Positions 25,455 to 34,849 of a stretch of 43,254 nt of DNA are shown one piece after another; the first letter of the stretch is position 1, and each line of letters opens with the position of its first letter. The stretch spans positions 1-43,254 of the forward strand of contig JAPKYM010000213.1 of the NCBI GenBank assembly GCA_026394315.1, read 5' to 3'. Source of the DNA: Candidatus Bathyarchaeota archaeon (GTDB lineage: Archaea > Thermoproteota > Bathyarchaeia > 40CM-2-53-6 > RBG-13-38-9). The position numbers and the translations under genes were made by a program. Under the pieces are notes generated by a model that saw nothing but the letters and a program-made list of their open reading frames with translations, was not told the DNA's origin and did not search any database.

Positions 25455-26510
25455 GTGGTGAACACCGTGACAAGGCCAGGACCAATAGCAAACATTGAGG
25501 ATCAAGATCTGCAGGTGCTTTCACATCTAGGGAAAGAGAAAGGTATTGGCTTCAACGAACTCTGGCGAAGACTCAAGTCTGACGGTCACGGGGTAAGCTA
25601 CTCAACCCTCTCAAATACTCTCAAGAGACTTCGATCCAGAGCTTTCGTAGACATTACTGTTGAACAAGCTAATAGAAAGATCCCGCAGCACACCTACTCA
25701 ATAACTGACCAAGGACAAGAGTATGAACTGCATCTAAGTGACAAATTCAAACTCTCACTGGTGGAAACCAAGAAGATTGTGAAAGCCAGAAAGGGAGAAA
25801 TTAGATACAATCAAGTTATTTTAGGTGAGATGCCTTACACTTGCGAGATCGAGCTGTCCTCGCCCAGTCTAACAAAGGAAAAAGAAGAGGAAATAACTCA
25901 ATTCGCAGGTACCGTCGGAGACACAGTAACATCAAATATCGCAGAAAGCTTGAACCAAGCCTACTCAGGATTTATTGCTCTCTTGGGTGGTGGCAAGAAA
26001 AAAGAGGCTTTCGATTATCTGAAAAAGGCGCTCGCGTTCAAACTCAAACTCACAATAGCATTCGATGGGAGCAGAGCAAACGTAGACGAGGCTTGGCAAC
26101 AGACACTCAAAGACGACGAAGAGATATCAACGGCCATTCAGGCAATCAATACCCCATCACATGCAGAGCTGCTCAGCTGCTGGATATTCAGCCTCCTCAA
26201 CATAGTATTTCCACATGAGAGACTGAAATATGATCTTTCGAAGATCGATGGTTGGGCACAACTTGTAACAGACCGATCTAATAAGATTCGGGCTGAGAAG
26301 AAGCTCCCCTTGCTCGATGAGAAACAGGTACAACTTTACCTAAGGGAACAAATTGGAAAAGGTGCGATTTCCTTGACACCAGTGCACGTGGACACAGGAA
26401 TAATGCAGTTTCACGACAAGGTACCGGAAACTGAACCTGACGACTCTTACTCATTTCTGCTTGGTCTCACATCAACCCTTAAGACGATGTTTGAAAGCAG
26501 AAGCCAGTAG
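25455..26510 (+). CDS. winged-helix DNA-binding protein with a large uncharacterised C-terminal domain
   Basis: 351 aa. The N-terminus ..GFNELWRRLKSDGHGVSYSTLSNTLKRLRSRAFVD.. looks like a wHTH. An A/T box (gttatatatac) lies about 25-30 nt upstream of the GTG start. Confidence 0.55.
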   Translation: MVNTVTRPGPIANIEDQDLQVLSHLGKEKGIGFNELWRRLKSDGHGVSYSTLSNTLKRLRSRAFVDITVEQANRKIPQHTYSITDQGQEYELHLSDKFKLSLVETKKIVKARKGEIRYNQVILGEMPYTCEIELSSPSLTKEKEEEITQFAGTVGDTVTSNIAESLNQAYSGFIALLGGGKKKEAFDYLKKALAFKLKLTIAFDGSRANVDEAWQQTLKDDEEISTAIQAINTPSHAELLSCWIFSLLNIVFPHERLKYDLSKIDGWAQLVTDRSNKIRAEKKLPLLDEKQVQLYLREQIGKGAISLTPVHVDTGIMQFHDKVPETEPDDSYSFLLGLTSTLKTMFESRSQ

Positions 26511-26628
26511 TTCACACATTAGTTCAAAGAGCCCGCGTTAATAGCCCTAAGACTGTTCATACAACAGCGAAACAATTACTAAATGGTAGCACGTTCAGAA
26601 TTCTCAGTAGCTTGACTTCAGTTCATTA

Positions 26629-27045
26629 ATGTTAATGCCAAACCTTAAAGGGAGTACTGTGCACTCTTCAGATGGGAAATTCACCTTGTCTTGGCCATAC
26701 CAGAAGCCTAAGAAATGCTGGAAATGCGGTGGATACAAAATCTATGTACCAGAATTCGGCAAGTGGAGATGCCCTCAATGTGACAAAACTCGTACAGCAT
26801 ATCCTCCCCAACAATATCCTGCCCCGTCGTATCCCCAGTACGGTTATGGTCAACGTCAGCATCCAATCTATCGTGGACCACCAACTCCTGCCTATAGACA
26901 ACAATATACTCCCACCTACCAAGTAGCCCAGTCATACGCCAGTACGATGCTTGCCGGCAGCAAGCTTTGTATCTATTGCGGTGCTTCAATGAGAGAAGAT
27001 GAATTGATCTGTCCTAAGTGTATGCAAAGAGCGGTCACGGTATAG
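26629..27045 (+). CDS. double zinc-ribbon protein with a Pro/Tyr/Gln-rich low-complexity linker
   Basis: 138 aa. CWKCGG..x..CPQC at the N-terminus and CIYCG..x..CPKC at the C-terminus. The linker is AYPPQQYPAPSYPQYGYGQRQHPIYRGPPTPAYRQQYTPTYQ. Confidence 0.55.
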   Translation: MLMPNLKGSTVHSSDGKFTLSWPYQKPKKCWKCGGYKIYVPEFGKWRCPQCDKTRTAYPPQQYPAPSYPQYGYGQRQHPIYRGPPTPAYRQQYTPTYQVAQSYASTMLAGSKLCIYCGASMREDELICPKCMQRAVTV

Positions 27046-27596
27046 GACAGTAAGCGGGTTATTTCTATTAGATCTATTGTTTGGGTGACCTACTCGAACG
27101 ACCCCCTCTCTCTGGAGACAGATTTCAATTCTCAGCCCCAATAGCGCGCGCTGACTTGCCAAGCCTGACATGACCTGACTCGAACTCATTAAACGATCAC
27201 TATCACACATGAATAGGTCTAGAACACCAACAACAAGAGCCTAAACCCCTACCCCCTGACAAGCGATAATATGCTAAGTCTGCAAGCACAAGCACACGCC
27301 GAGACAGTGCCAATGAGCCCATGCCCAGAGAGCACGCACACGGCGCACCCCTACCCAAACAAGTCGCACCTACACGCTCAGTCTTTTCTTGAGCCTCATT
27401 CACGAGATCCGCGTTTGTAGCGCGTGCTATACACCGTCTGACTAGATCGACTGGCCCCAGAATTTGGACTTCCACAAACGACTTCGATTGTTTTAGCGCA
27501 CGGTCTCTAGTTCTTGACCATTTGATCCAAGTAGACTCTTATGGCCCACATTTTTATTCTCAGAGCAAGAGAGATAGAACTGAGAAGTGCCAAGCA

Positions 27597-28412
27597 ATGA
27601 TCGATGACGTTAGCGTTTGCATAGTCGGAGCCGGTAAAATGGGTGAGGCTCTAATACATGGTCTAATCTCAAAGAAGGCAATCGCACCAAGCAGACTTTT
27701 TGCGGTTGACACGCTATTAGATCGATGTGAATATGTCTCAAAGAAATATGGAATAGTATGCGATACTGATGTAACCAAGCTAGCTCTCAACTCCAACGTA
27801 ATTATTATTGCTGTGAAACCGAATGATGTAGAAAGAGTTGCCGACAAGCTCAGAACACTCTTAACGTCAAAACAGCTTGTCATCACAATAGTTGCAAGGA
27901 TCTCTTCAGAATTTCTATCCAAGATTCTTGGCGGTGAAATTCCTGTGATTCGGGCTATGCCAAACATAGCTGTACTTGTAGGTGAGGGCATGATAGCCAT
28001 TTCACGAGGCCCAAATAGCTCAACCGAACACATCGCCTTGGCCGAAGAGATTTTCAGTTCAACTGGCAAAGTCGCCATCGTAGATGAGAAAGATCTAGAC
28101 GCGGTCACAGCGCTTAGTGCAAGCGGTCCGGCTTACATCTTCATGATAATAGAGGCCTTAAGCGACGGTGGAGTTACAGTTGGATTGGAAAGAGACATCT
28201 CGACTCTTTTGGCGACTCAGACAACCCTGGGAGCCGCCAAGATGATTCTTGAAACGAGGGAACATCCAGCTAAACTAAGAGATATGGTTACTACTCCTGG
28301 CGGCACTACCGTTGAAGGTTTACTAGAGCTCGAGAAGAAAAAGGTGCGTGCAGCTCTTATTGAAGCCGTAATCAAGGCGACTGAGAAGTCTCGGGGGCAA
28401 CTAACGAAATAG
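27597..28412 (+). CDS. proC: pyrroline-5-carboxylate reductase family protein
   Basis: Rossmann N-terminus VCIVGAGKMGEAL. Also ..IRAMPNIAVLVGEG.., ..GPAYIFMIIEALSDGGV.. and ..TTPGGTTVEGL... The ATG at 27597 is preferred because an A/T box (tttttatt, 27551-27558) lies about 40 nt upstream. The tracked TTG/ATG at 27522 would precede that box. Confidence 0.85.
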   Translation: MIDDVSVCIVGAGKMGEALIHGLISKKAIAPSRLFAVDTLLDRCEYVSKKYGIVCDTDVTKLALNSNVIIIAVKPNDVERVADKLRTLLTSKQLVITIVARISSEFLSKILGGEIPVIRAMPNIAVLVGEGMIAISRGPNSSTEHIALAEEIFSSTGKVAIVDEKDLDAVTALSASGPAYIFMIIEALSDGGVTVGLERDISTLLATQTTLGAAKMILETREHPAKLRDMVTTPGGTTVEGLLELEKKKVRAALIEAVIKATEKSRGQLTK

Positions 28413-28431
28413 AAGATAGAACTGAAAAGAA

Positions 28432-29859
28432 ATGGAAAAGATTGGCATACTAGTGGTCAGTTACGGATCAAGGGACTCAGCAATTATCGATGCTCTAGCT
28501 CGAAGTGAAGAATACGTACCAGAGCTCTATATTGCTGATAAACAGAATAATCCTTTCAACCTCGAGAAAGCGAGTTGCGGCGGGGCGCACGCTGTTATCC
28601 CAGAACTCTCAATTGAGAAAATCTGCGACTTCGCCGAAAGGCATAGGAACAGAATTCGCTTTGGCATAGTCGGCTCCGAAGGCCCGATAATCCAAGGGAT
28701 TAGAGACCTGATTGAAAAAAGGATAAAAATACCAATTATCTGCCCCACAAAGCGGTATGCTATTGAAGGAAGTAAAGTCCGTCAACGTAACATGCTTCAA
28801 CTGTGCTCCCCCAAATCAAATCCCCTTTTCAAGGTCTTTGATCCGGTTGACTTAGGGCCCGACCCAAAGACTCAGTTCAAAGATTGGTTGCTCGAACTCG
28901 GGGGCCCAGAAAATGCAGTCATAAAACCGGATAGACCTGGCTTCGGCAAAGGTGTCGGCGTTGGTGGTGAACACTTCAATTCAGTTGAGGAGGCGTACAA
29001 CCACTTCTGGTCAATCTACGGAGGCAATTCTGAGAGAGTCGTAATTGAACAGAAGATAGAAGGCGAGGAATCGAGCTACCAAGCTTTCTGTGATGGAAAA
29101 CATCTGATCACTCTTCCCGAAACACGTGACTACAAGAGGGCTTTCCAAGATGACTACGGACCTAACACAGGCGGAATGGGTTCCTATAAGGGCGAAAATG
29201 AGCTCCTTCCTTTCATGAAACCCTCAGACAGAGAAGAAGAAATCAAGATAGTCAACAACATCTTTAGACATCTTGCTGAGGGCGGAAATAATCCTGAGTT
29301 GAGAGGAATTCCTTTCTATGTAGCATTCATGCACTCTGCTAACGGACCCAAGATCCTAGAGATAAACAGTCGACCTGGAGATCCAGAGATAATAAACATC
29401 CTGCCAATAATTAACCAAGATTTTGTCGAACTCTGCTTGAACATGATTGATCAAGAGCTTTATTCAGTGAAATTCAAGCCCGTATCAAGCGTCGTGACCT
29501 ATAAGGTTCCTCCAGCCTACGGCGGATATGCACAGCAGTTCCCCAGTGAGGTGAGTAGAGAAGAAGTTGGGGCACCTCTTAACCTACAAGACGGATATGA
29601 ATTTGCACATAGGAATTCTGACAATTTAAGACTCTATCCAGGCTCCATGGAACTTAGGTCTGATGGCAAGATCTACTCGCTCTCATCCAGAACCATCTGC
29701 TCAGTTGGAATAGCAGGGACAACAGATGAAGCTAGGAAATTCTCACTATTGGGCATAGAAAAGATACATGGAGGAGGACTATGGTACCGAAGCGACATAG
29801 CCTCGAGGAAACACATCAACAGAAGTATTGAGCACATGAATCGGTTGAGGTCTAAGTGA
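28432..29859 (+). CDS. divergent PurD (phosphoribosylamine--glycine ligase) family ATP-grasp ligase
   Basis: 475 aa. Keeps ..IVGSEGPIIQGIRD.., ..AIEGSKV.., ..GKGVGV.., ..DDYGPNTGGMGSY.. and ..LEINSRPGDPE... The N-terminal loop is SYGSRDSA where PurD has GSGGREHA. The protein is about 40 aa longer than typical PurD. Confidence 0.7.
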   Translation: MEKIGILVVSYGSRDSAIIDALARSEEYVPELYIADKQNNPFNLEKASCGGAHAVIPELSIEKICDFAERHRNRIRFGIVGSEGPIIQGIRDLIEKRIKIPIICPTKRYAIEGSKVRQRNMLQLCSPKSNPLFKVFDPVDLGPDPKTQFKDWLLELGGPENAVIKPDRPGFGKGVGVGGEHFNSVEEAYNHFWSIYGGNSERVVIEQKIEGEESSYQAFCDGKHLITLPETRDYKRAFQDDYGPNTGGMGSYKGENELLPFMKPSDREEEIKIVNNIFRHLAEGGNNPELRGIPFYVAFMHSANGPKILEINSRPGDPEIINILPIINQDFVELCLNMIDQELYSVKFKPVSSVVTYKVPPAYGGYAQQFPSEVSREEVGAPLNLQDGYEFAHRNSDNLRLYPGSMELRSDGKIYSLSSRTICSVGIAGTTDEARKFSLLGIEKIHGGGLWYRSDIASRKHINRSIEHMNRLRSK

Positions 29860-30935
29860 GCAGGATCTTCATAACGGACTGTGAAGGCCCAATCTCAAAA
29901 AACGACAACGCATTTGAACTATTGGAGAGACTGATCCCAGATGGAGCTAGGCTTTTCTCACTAATCAGCAAATATGACGATATTCAAGTCGAAATCGTGA
30001 GGAGGCAGCACTATAAACCTGGAGATACGTTAAGACTCATACTTCCATTCCTCAAAGCATACGGCGCAACAGATGCGCTCTTCAGGAGTATCTCAGAAGA
30101 GACCCTTAGGCTTGTTCCAGGGGCGCGAGAGACCTTAGGCTTGGTCAGCAAAGTTATGCCTTCTTTCATAGTGAGCACTAGCTACGAGCATTACATTGAA
30201 TCCTTATGCCAACTCATAGGATTTCCCAAGAGTAATACTTACTCGACGAAGCTTAATCTAGATTCCTTCAAGATTCCAGACTGGGAAATTGAAAGAGTCA
30301 AAACGTGGGCTGACAAGCTAACCAAGCTCTCGCCGCCAAGAATACCTCCCAAAGCACGTTCTATTCAGGACTTTGACAAACAAGATCGAGAAAACATAGA
30401 ATTCCTCGATCAGATCATCTGGCACGAAATACATGGAATGACCATTGGCAGAATCATTACAATCGTTAAACCTGTTGGCGGAGCAGAGAAAGTTGAAGCA
30501 GTTAAGGACATACTCCGAAGACACAACAGTGATCTTAAACAGACAGTCTACTTCGGCGATAGTATAACTGACTCTGAACCACTCAAGTACGTTAGAGAGG
30601 GTGAAGGCCTCGCCGTATCCTTCAACGGCAACGAATACGCAATAAGGCAAGCTGAGCTGGCAATTCTGTCAGGTGATACCCTGGCTACAACTATTATTGC
30701 TTTGATCTTCAACAAAGGAGGAAAAGAAGCTGTGAGGCAACTTGTTGCCAGTTGGGATTACGACCAAATTGAGAAGACTTTGGGAACACAGCTTAGAATA
30801 AAGGCAGAAGAGGTCTACCACGCAGGTCTACCACAAGTCGAAATAGTTGCGGAGAACAACATAGAAAGATTGACAAAAGAGAGTTCCCTTTTCAGAAAGC
30901 AAGTTAGAGGAGAGGCTATAGGCAGTCTTGGATAA
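29856..30935 (+). CDS. HAD-superfamily-like protein of unknown function (resembles proteins annotated EhaR in methanogens, from memory)
   Basis: 359 aa. HAD motif I-like FITDCEGP (second Asp replaced by Glu) and motif IV-like YFGDSITDSEP. The GTG start overlaps the preceding stop (GTGA). Confidence 0.55.
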   Translation: MSRIFITDCEGPISKNDNAFELLERLIPDGARLFSLISKYDDIQVEIVRRQHYKPGDTLRLILPFLKAYGATDALFRSISEETLRLVPGARETLGLVSKVMPSFIVSTSYEHYIESLCQLIGFPKSNTYSTKLNLDSFKIPDWEIERVKTWADKLTKLSPPRIPPKARSIQDFDKQDRENIEFLDQIIWHEIHGMTIGRIITIVKPVGGAEKVEAVKDILRRHNSDLKQTVYFGDSITDSEPLKYVREGEGLAVSFNGNEYAIRQAELAILSGDTLATTIIALIFNKGGKEAVRQLVASWDYDQIEKTLGTQLRIKAEEVYHAGLPQVEIVAENNIERLTKESSLFRKQVRGEAIGSLG

Positions 30936-30958
30936 TTGAGCAATATGGTGGCAATATC

Positions 30959-31867
30959 ATGGGAATTGAGAAAGTAGAAGGTACTTATGCAGAAGCCTTT
31001 GAGGGCATCTTTGCCAGGCTAATTATCACTTCTGATGATGAAGAGACTCTGAAGGCTGCTGCTGAGGACTCAACAAGTACGCCATCTATTGTAATCGGCA
31101 GAGTCGAGGGAGGTTATGAGAAGCGAATCAAGCATAGTGAGACTCCTGATGGCCGCAATGGTGTGATCGTTCAGTTTTGGGGCGGCATAGACTCGTCAAA
31201 GCCGCTACAGGATTCCGTCAAAAGGTTCGAGATCGAGCTTTCTTACAGAATAAGGCAGGACATACTTGTAAAACCCTTCACAGCAGTATACAATGCCCTC
31301 AACGGCGCGGTAGGACAGATCGATACCATGGAAAGGATCGGCCATTGTGGTGATGGCTTCGAATGGGAGGAGGACCTCAAAGGTAGAAGAATCATAAACG
31401 TCCCAATAATGGTGCCTGACTTCCGCATTGAAAGATATCTCGGCTATGGCTTGGGCGTTATGGGAGGCAACTTCTGGTACATGTGCAAAACCAAGAAAGC
31501 TGTCTTTGAAGCCGGAAGAAGAGCCTTAGAGGCAATTCACCAAATAGATGGTGCGGTAACACCATTCGATATTTGCTCAGCAGGTTCCAAACCAGAGACA
31601 AAGTTCCCATGGATTGGCCCCACAACCAATGAAGCATATTGCCCCTCACTTAGGGATAAGCTCGGAACACGCTCAAAGATCCCTGAAGGAGTCGAATACA
31701 TTCCAGAAATCGTCATAAACGGCGTCTCACTCGCAGTAGTATCTGAAGCCATGAGAGCAGGCATAGAGAGCATATGGGATCTACCTGAAGTTTCTTGGAT
31801 ATCTGCTGGAAACTACGGTGGAAAACTCGGTAGATACCGAGTGCGTCTAAAGGAGCTATTTGGTTGA
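30959..31867 (+). CDS. Ftr-family paralog (formylmethanofuran:H4MPT formyltransferase-like, second copy in the window)
   Basis: 302 aa. N-terminus VEGTYAEAFEGIFARLIITS, and C-terminus ..AYCPSLRDKLG..SKIPEGVEYIPEIVINGVSL...ISAGNYGGKLG. Both parallel the Ftr at 2548-3459, but the middle is clearly divergent. Confidence 0.8.
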   Translation: MGIEKVEGTYAEAFEGIFARLIITSDDEETLKAAAEDSTSTPSIVIGRVEGGYEKRIKHSETPDGRNGVIVQFWGGIDSSKPLQDSVKRFEIELSYRIRQDILVKPFTAVYNALNGAVGQIDTMERIGHCGDGFEWEEDLKGRRIINVPIMVPDFRIERYLGYGLGVMGGNFWYMCKTKKAVFEAGRRALEAIHQIDGAVTPFDICSAGSKPETKFPWIGPTTNEAYCPSLRDKLGTRSKIPEGVEYIPEIVINGVSLAVVSEAMRAGIESIWDLPEVSWISAGNYGGKLGRYRVRLKELFG

Positions 31868-32766
31868 GACCAGACATTGTAGGTTTCGGAGCGCTTAATC
31901 TTGACAAACTCTACAGAGTAAGTAGGATAGCTGAAGCTGGGGACGAAACTTTCGTAAAAGGCTTAACCATCTCACCTGGAGGTTCAGCTGCAAACACAGT
32001 AGTGGGTTTGTCTCGTCTAGGAGTGCGAACAGGATACATCGGCAAGTTGGCCAGAGATATCGAAGGAGACTACCTTCTAAAGGATCTTCAGAGAGAAAAA
32101 GTGGAAATAAGCGGGATCAAACACTCTAAGCATGGAAGGACCGGTGTTTGCATAGGTTTCATAGACGACCTCGGCGAAAGAGTACTCTACATCGACCCCG
32201 GCGTCAACGACTCCTTGAAATTTGACGAGATAAGGCTTGAATATGCAGACTCATCAAAATTCCTTCATCTTACATCCTTTGTTGGTGGGGCTCCCTTTGA
32301 CGCACAGAAGCGATTGGTCAGGAATCTACGAAGAGCAGAAATTTGCTTAGATCCTGGTGAACTGTATTCAAAGAAAGGAATCAGCGTTCTTAGTCCTCTC
32401 CTGAAAAGGACACTAGCCATCTTGCCAAATGAAAAAGAGATCAGAGCGCTTACAAAGAGGGGGTACAAAGAAGGTTCACGAACTCTTCTTTCCCTGGGAG
32501 TAGAACTCGTCGCAGTAAAACTGGGCAAAAGAGGATGCTACGTTACTGATGCAAAAGAGAGCCACTTGATTCCGGCGTCCAAAATTGCACCAAAGGACAC
32601 GACAGGAGCCGGTGACGCATTCTGTGCTGGATTCATCTACGGATTACTACATGGTAAGGATCTCTACGCTTGCGGAAAGCTGGGAAATCTTGTAGCCTCA
32701 CGATGTATAGAAGAGTACGGAGCCAGAACAGGATTACCATTATTGGCCGATCTACCGCGAATCTGA
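31864..32766 (+). CDS. PfkB-family carbohydrate/ribokinase-like kinase
   Basis: 300 aa. ..GGSAANTVVGLSRLG.. and the PfkB signature ..DTTGAGDAFCAGF... The TTG start overlaps the preceding stop (TTGA). Confidence 0.85.
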   Translation: MRPDIVGFGALNLDKLYRVSRIAEAGDETFVKGLTISPGGSAANTVVGLSRLGVRTGYIGKLARDIEGDYLLKDLQREKVEISGIKHSKHGRTGVCIGFIDDLGERVLYIDPGVNDSLKFDEIRLEYADSSKFLHLTSFVGGAPFDAQKRLVRNLRRAEICLDPGELYSKKGISVLSPLLKRTLAILPNEKEIRALTKRGYKEGSRTLLSLGVELVAVKLGKRGCYVTDAKESHLIPASKIAPKDTTGAGDAFCAGFIYGLLHGKDLYACGKLGNLVASRCIEEYGARTGLPLLADLPRI

Positions 32767-32855
32767 GCGAGTCCATAACACCCAGATTTAGAGACCAGCA
32801 ATCATTGATAGAGAAGAATTGGCAGATATTGATTACTCATATGTTCTGAGAAAAC

Positions 32856-33725
32856 CTAGATCATCTCATCCTCATTCTTGCGGAAATTTCTTCTGGTGAT
32901 TCTTATCCTGACATAAAGCAGGATTACAGCAGAAACGATTATCAAAGCAAGTACTATTGGCACTAGATTCCTTATTATGAGGGACTCTTTCCAGCTTGTT
33001 CTTTCAGCCTCATTTTGTGTTACTTCCTCAAAGAGAATCGTCAGTGTGCTATTGCCATTGATCGTAAGGGTCAGAAGTCTGTCTTGTCTCATATATTGGG
33101 TGCTATTCCCATCCAAACTGGATAAGATCAAACCCTTTCTCACGAATTGTCTCGTACCGATTCTTGACTCACTTGTATAGGCTTCTAATGTGTGCTTACC
33201 TACGCGAGTCTGTAGTGTGAGAGGCTTACCTTCTATTTTATACTTGGTGTTGTCAAAGAAGATGACAGTTGGAACCTCCAATGGTGACGTCTGTATCGTT
33301 AGCCTCGTGAAATCTGAAACTATTATGCAAATTGAAATTGCGTCCGAGTACGATCCTCCCCTCGCTGTAATGACTATTGACTGCTCACCCGTGGATGCTG
33401 CCGATGTTGCTCGCACGGTTACAGGGCAATAAGTCCCACCGTCTGTGGAATTCAAAAATATAGGTGAACGCAACTCGACCGTAACCTCTCCGGGAACAAC
33501 AGTGTCGAAGTCCACTCGTCCTCTGTAGCCAAGAGACCTTATCGAGAACAGAAACTTGGAATCGTACCCGGCTCCCACACTGAAACAATGCGTTGGCCCC
33601 GTTAGGTAAAAACCCTCAGTTGACCTACCTGACGCCTCATGACTAGACTGTACGCTCTGAAAGGTAAACATCAGAAACCATAGTACAAGAAGCCCAGTCT
33701 TGTTTGTGCTCAAATCTGTTCGCAT
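32856..33725 (-). CDS. hypothetical secreted protein with a C-terminal membrane anchor
   Basis: 289 aa. Has a signal peptide (GLLVLWFLMFTFQSVQS), a beta-rich body with several N-x-S/T sites, and a C-terminal TM (LVPIVLALIIVSAVILLYV) plus a basic tail. Confidence 0.55.
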   Translation of the reverse strand: MRTDLSTNKTGLLVLWFLMFTFQSVQSSHEASGRSTEGFYLTGPTHCFSVGAGYDSKFLFSIRSLGYRGRVDFDTVVPGEVTVELRSPIFLNSTDGGTYCPVTVRATSAASTGEQSIVITARGGSYSDAISICIIVSDFTRLTIQTSPLEVPTVIFFDNTKYKIEGKPLTLQTRVGKHTLEAYTSESRIGTRQFVRKGLILSSLDGNSTQYMRQDRLLTLTINGNSTLTILFEEVTQNEAERTSWKESLIIRNLVPIVLALIIVSAVILLYVRIRITRRNFRKNEDEMI

Positions 33726-34018
33726 CCTGTTACTATACAGTCTTCAGTCACTGTAACCCACTCATTCCTTCACTCATAGGACGCAAAAGCCAAGGTTGCT
33801 ACATCACCCAACAGTTGAGTCCCCTGTAATTCCAGAGATCATCCGATTCAGTAAAGTCTCGAATTACGACTGAAATCAAATGACTATTAATTGTATTGGT
33901 TCATCCGTCCAACCGCATCTTCGGTTCGATTTTTCCGAAATTGAAGTTTGTTACCCGCAGAAATTATAGAAACCGTAGACCGAACGTCTGCGAGTATTTC
34001 TAGGAAGACTTCAAAGCG

Positions 34019-34029
34019 TTTATTAAAAA
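34019..34029 (+). promoter_or_regulatory. TATA-like box (TTTATTAAAAA) upstream of the SOD gene
   Basis: About 50 nt upstream of ATG 34076. Pattern only. Confidence 0.4.
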
Positions 34030-34075
34030 GGCAAGAGATAGAGACACTAGATAGCGCACGACTTGACCTGAGGAG

Positions 34076-34696
34076 ATGCAGAGTTTAGTTATGAAAATAA
34101 CACCAAAAGATCAAATCAAACCTAAAGGATTGAAAGGAATATCAGACCAGCAACTTGAGTATCATTTTGAAACACATTACAAAGGATATGTCAACAAGAT
34201 CAATGAGATATGGGACAAGCAACAGACAACCGATCGTAGCAAGGCAAACCAGAACTTTAGTGATTTTAGGGAACTGAAGGTTGAAGAAAGCTTCAACTGG
34301 ATGGGGGCAGTCCTTCATGAACTATACTTTGAAAATATAAAGGATGGCCAAGGGACACAACGTGGAACAAAGCTAAATCAAATGATCGAGGAGAGCTTCG
34401 GTTCTTTCGAGAAGTGGAAGGAAGATTTCAAAGCATGTGGAGTGGCCCTTAGGGGTTGGGCGATTCTCGTATACGATCTATCAAGTAATAGGCTCATGAA
34501 CAATGGTCTAGATGCCCACAATTCCTACGGATTCTTGAATGCAATTCCGTTGCTTGTCTTAGACGTTTATGAGCATGCCTACTACACAGATTACGGACCA
34601 AAGCGGGCATCATATATTGATGCATTCTTTGAAAACATCAACTGGAACGTGGTGAATGGTAGATTAGTCACTACCCTAAAATCTGCCTCTCCCTGA
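34076..34696 (+). CDS. sod: Fe/Mn-family superoxide dismutase
   Basis: 206 aa. ..LEYHFETHYKGYVNKIN.. (the HxxxH metal ligands region) and ..LVLDVYEHAYYTDYGPKRASYIDAFFENINWNVV.. (the D-x-W/Y-E-H-A-Y-Y signature). The start could also be ATG 34091. Confidence 0.9.
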   Translation: MQSLVMKITPKDQIKPKGLKGISDQQLEYHFETHYKGYVNKINEIWDKQQTTDRSKANQNFSDFRELKVEESFNWMGAVLHELYFENIKDGQGTQRGTKLNQMIEESFGSFEKWKEDFKACGVALRGWAILVYDLSSNRLMNNGLDAHNSYGFLNAIPLLVLDVYEHAYYTDYGPKRASYIDAFFENINWNVVNGRLVTTLKSASP

Positions 34697-34849
34697 GACA
34701 CTCAACATAACGACCAGCTGGTATCTTGACCCCCATCTCATAGCACACCCGTATCCTTCAATACTTATCTGCCGTATAGAAGAGTACCCTACGGATCATT
34801 ATGGGCTGGTCCATACATAGTCTTGAAGGTGGATGGAGACGTAGCCTTT

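Noticed and set aside
27203-27475. 90-aa minus-strand ORF (with 26986-27210) in the zinc-ribbon / proC spacer
   Set aside because: The composition is Gly/Cys/Arg/Leu-rich, with no start context or recognisable fold. The region is better explained by skewed non-coding sequence. It is kept only as a possible ncRNA locus in the findings.
27060-27520. RNase P RNA or SRP RNA
   Set aside because: I looked for GGAAAGUCC / ACAGAA-type RNase P motifs and for the SRP helix-8 GGAA tetraloop with AGCAGC. I found only GGAAGTCCA and nothing else convincing. There is not enough to call either RNA.
30959-31867. Second Ftr copy as a simple tandem or recent duplicate of the ftr at 2548-3459
   Set aside because: The two proteins share only the terminal signatures and are clearly divergent in the middle, so this is an old paralog with a different context. 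It is treated in the operon finding instead.
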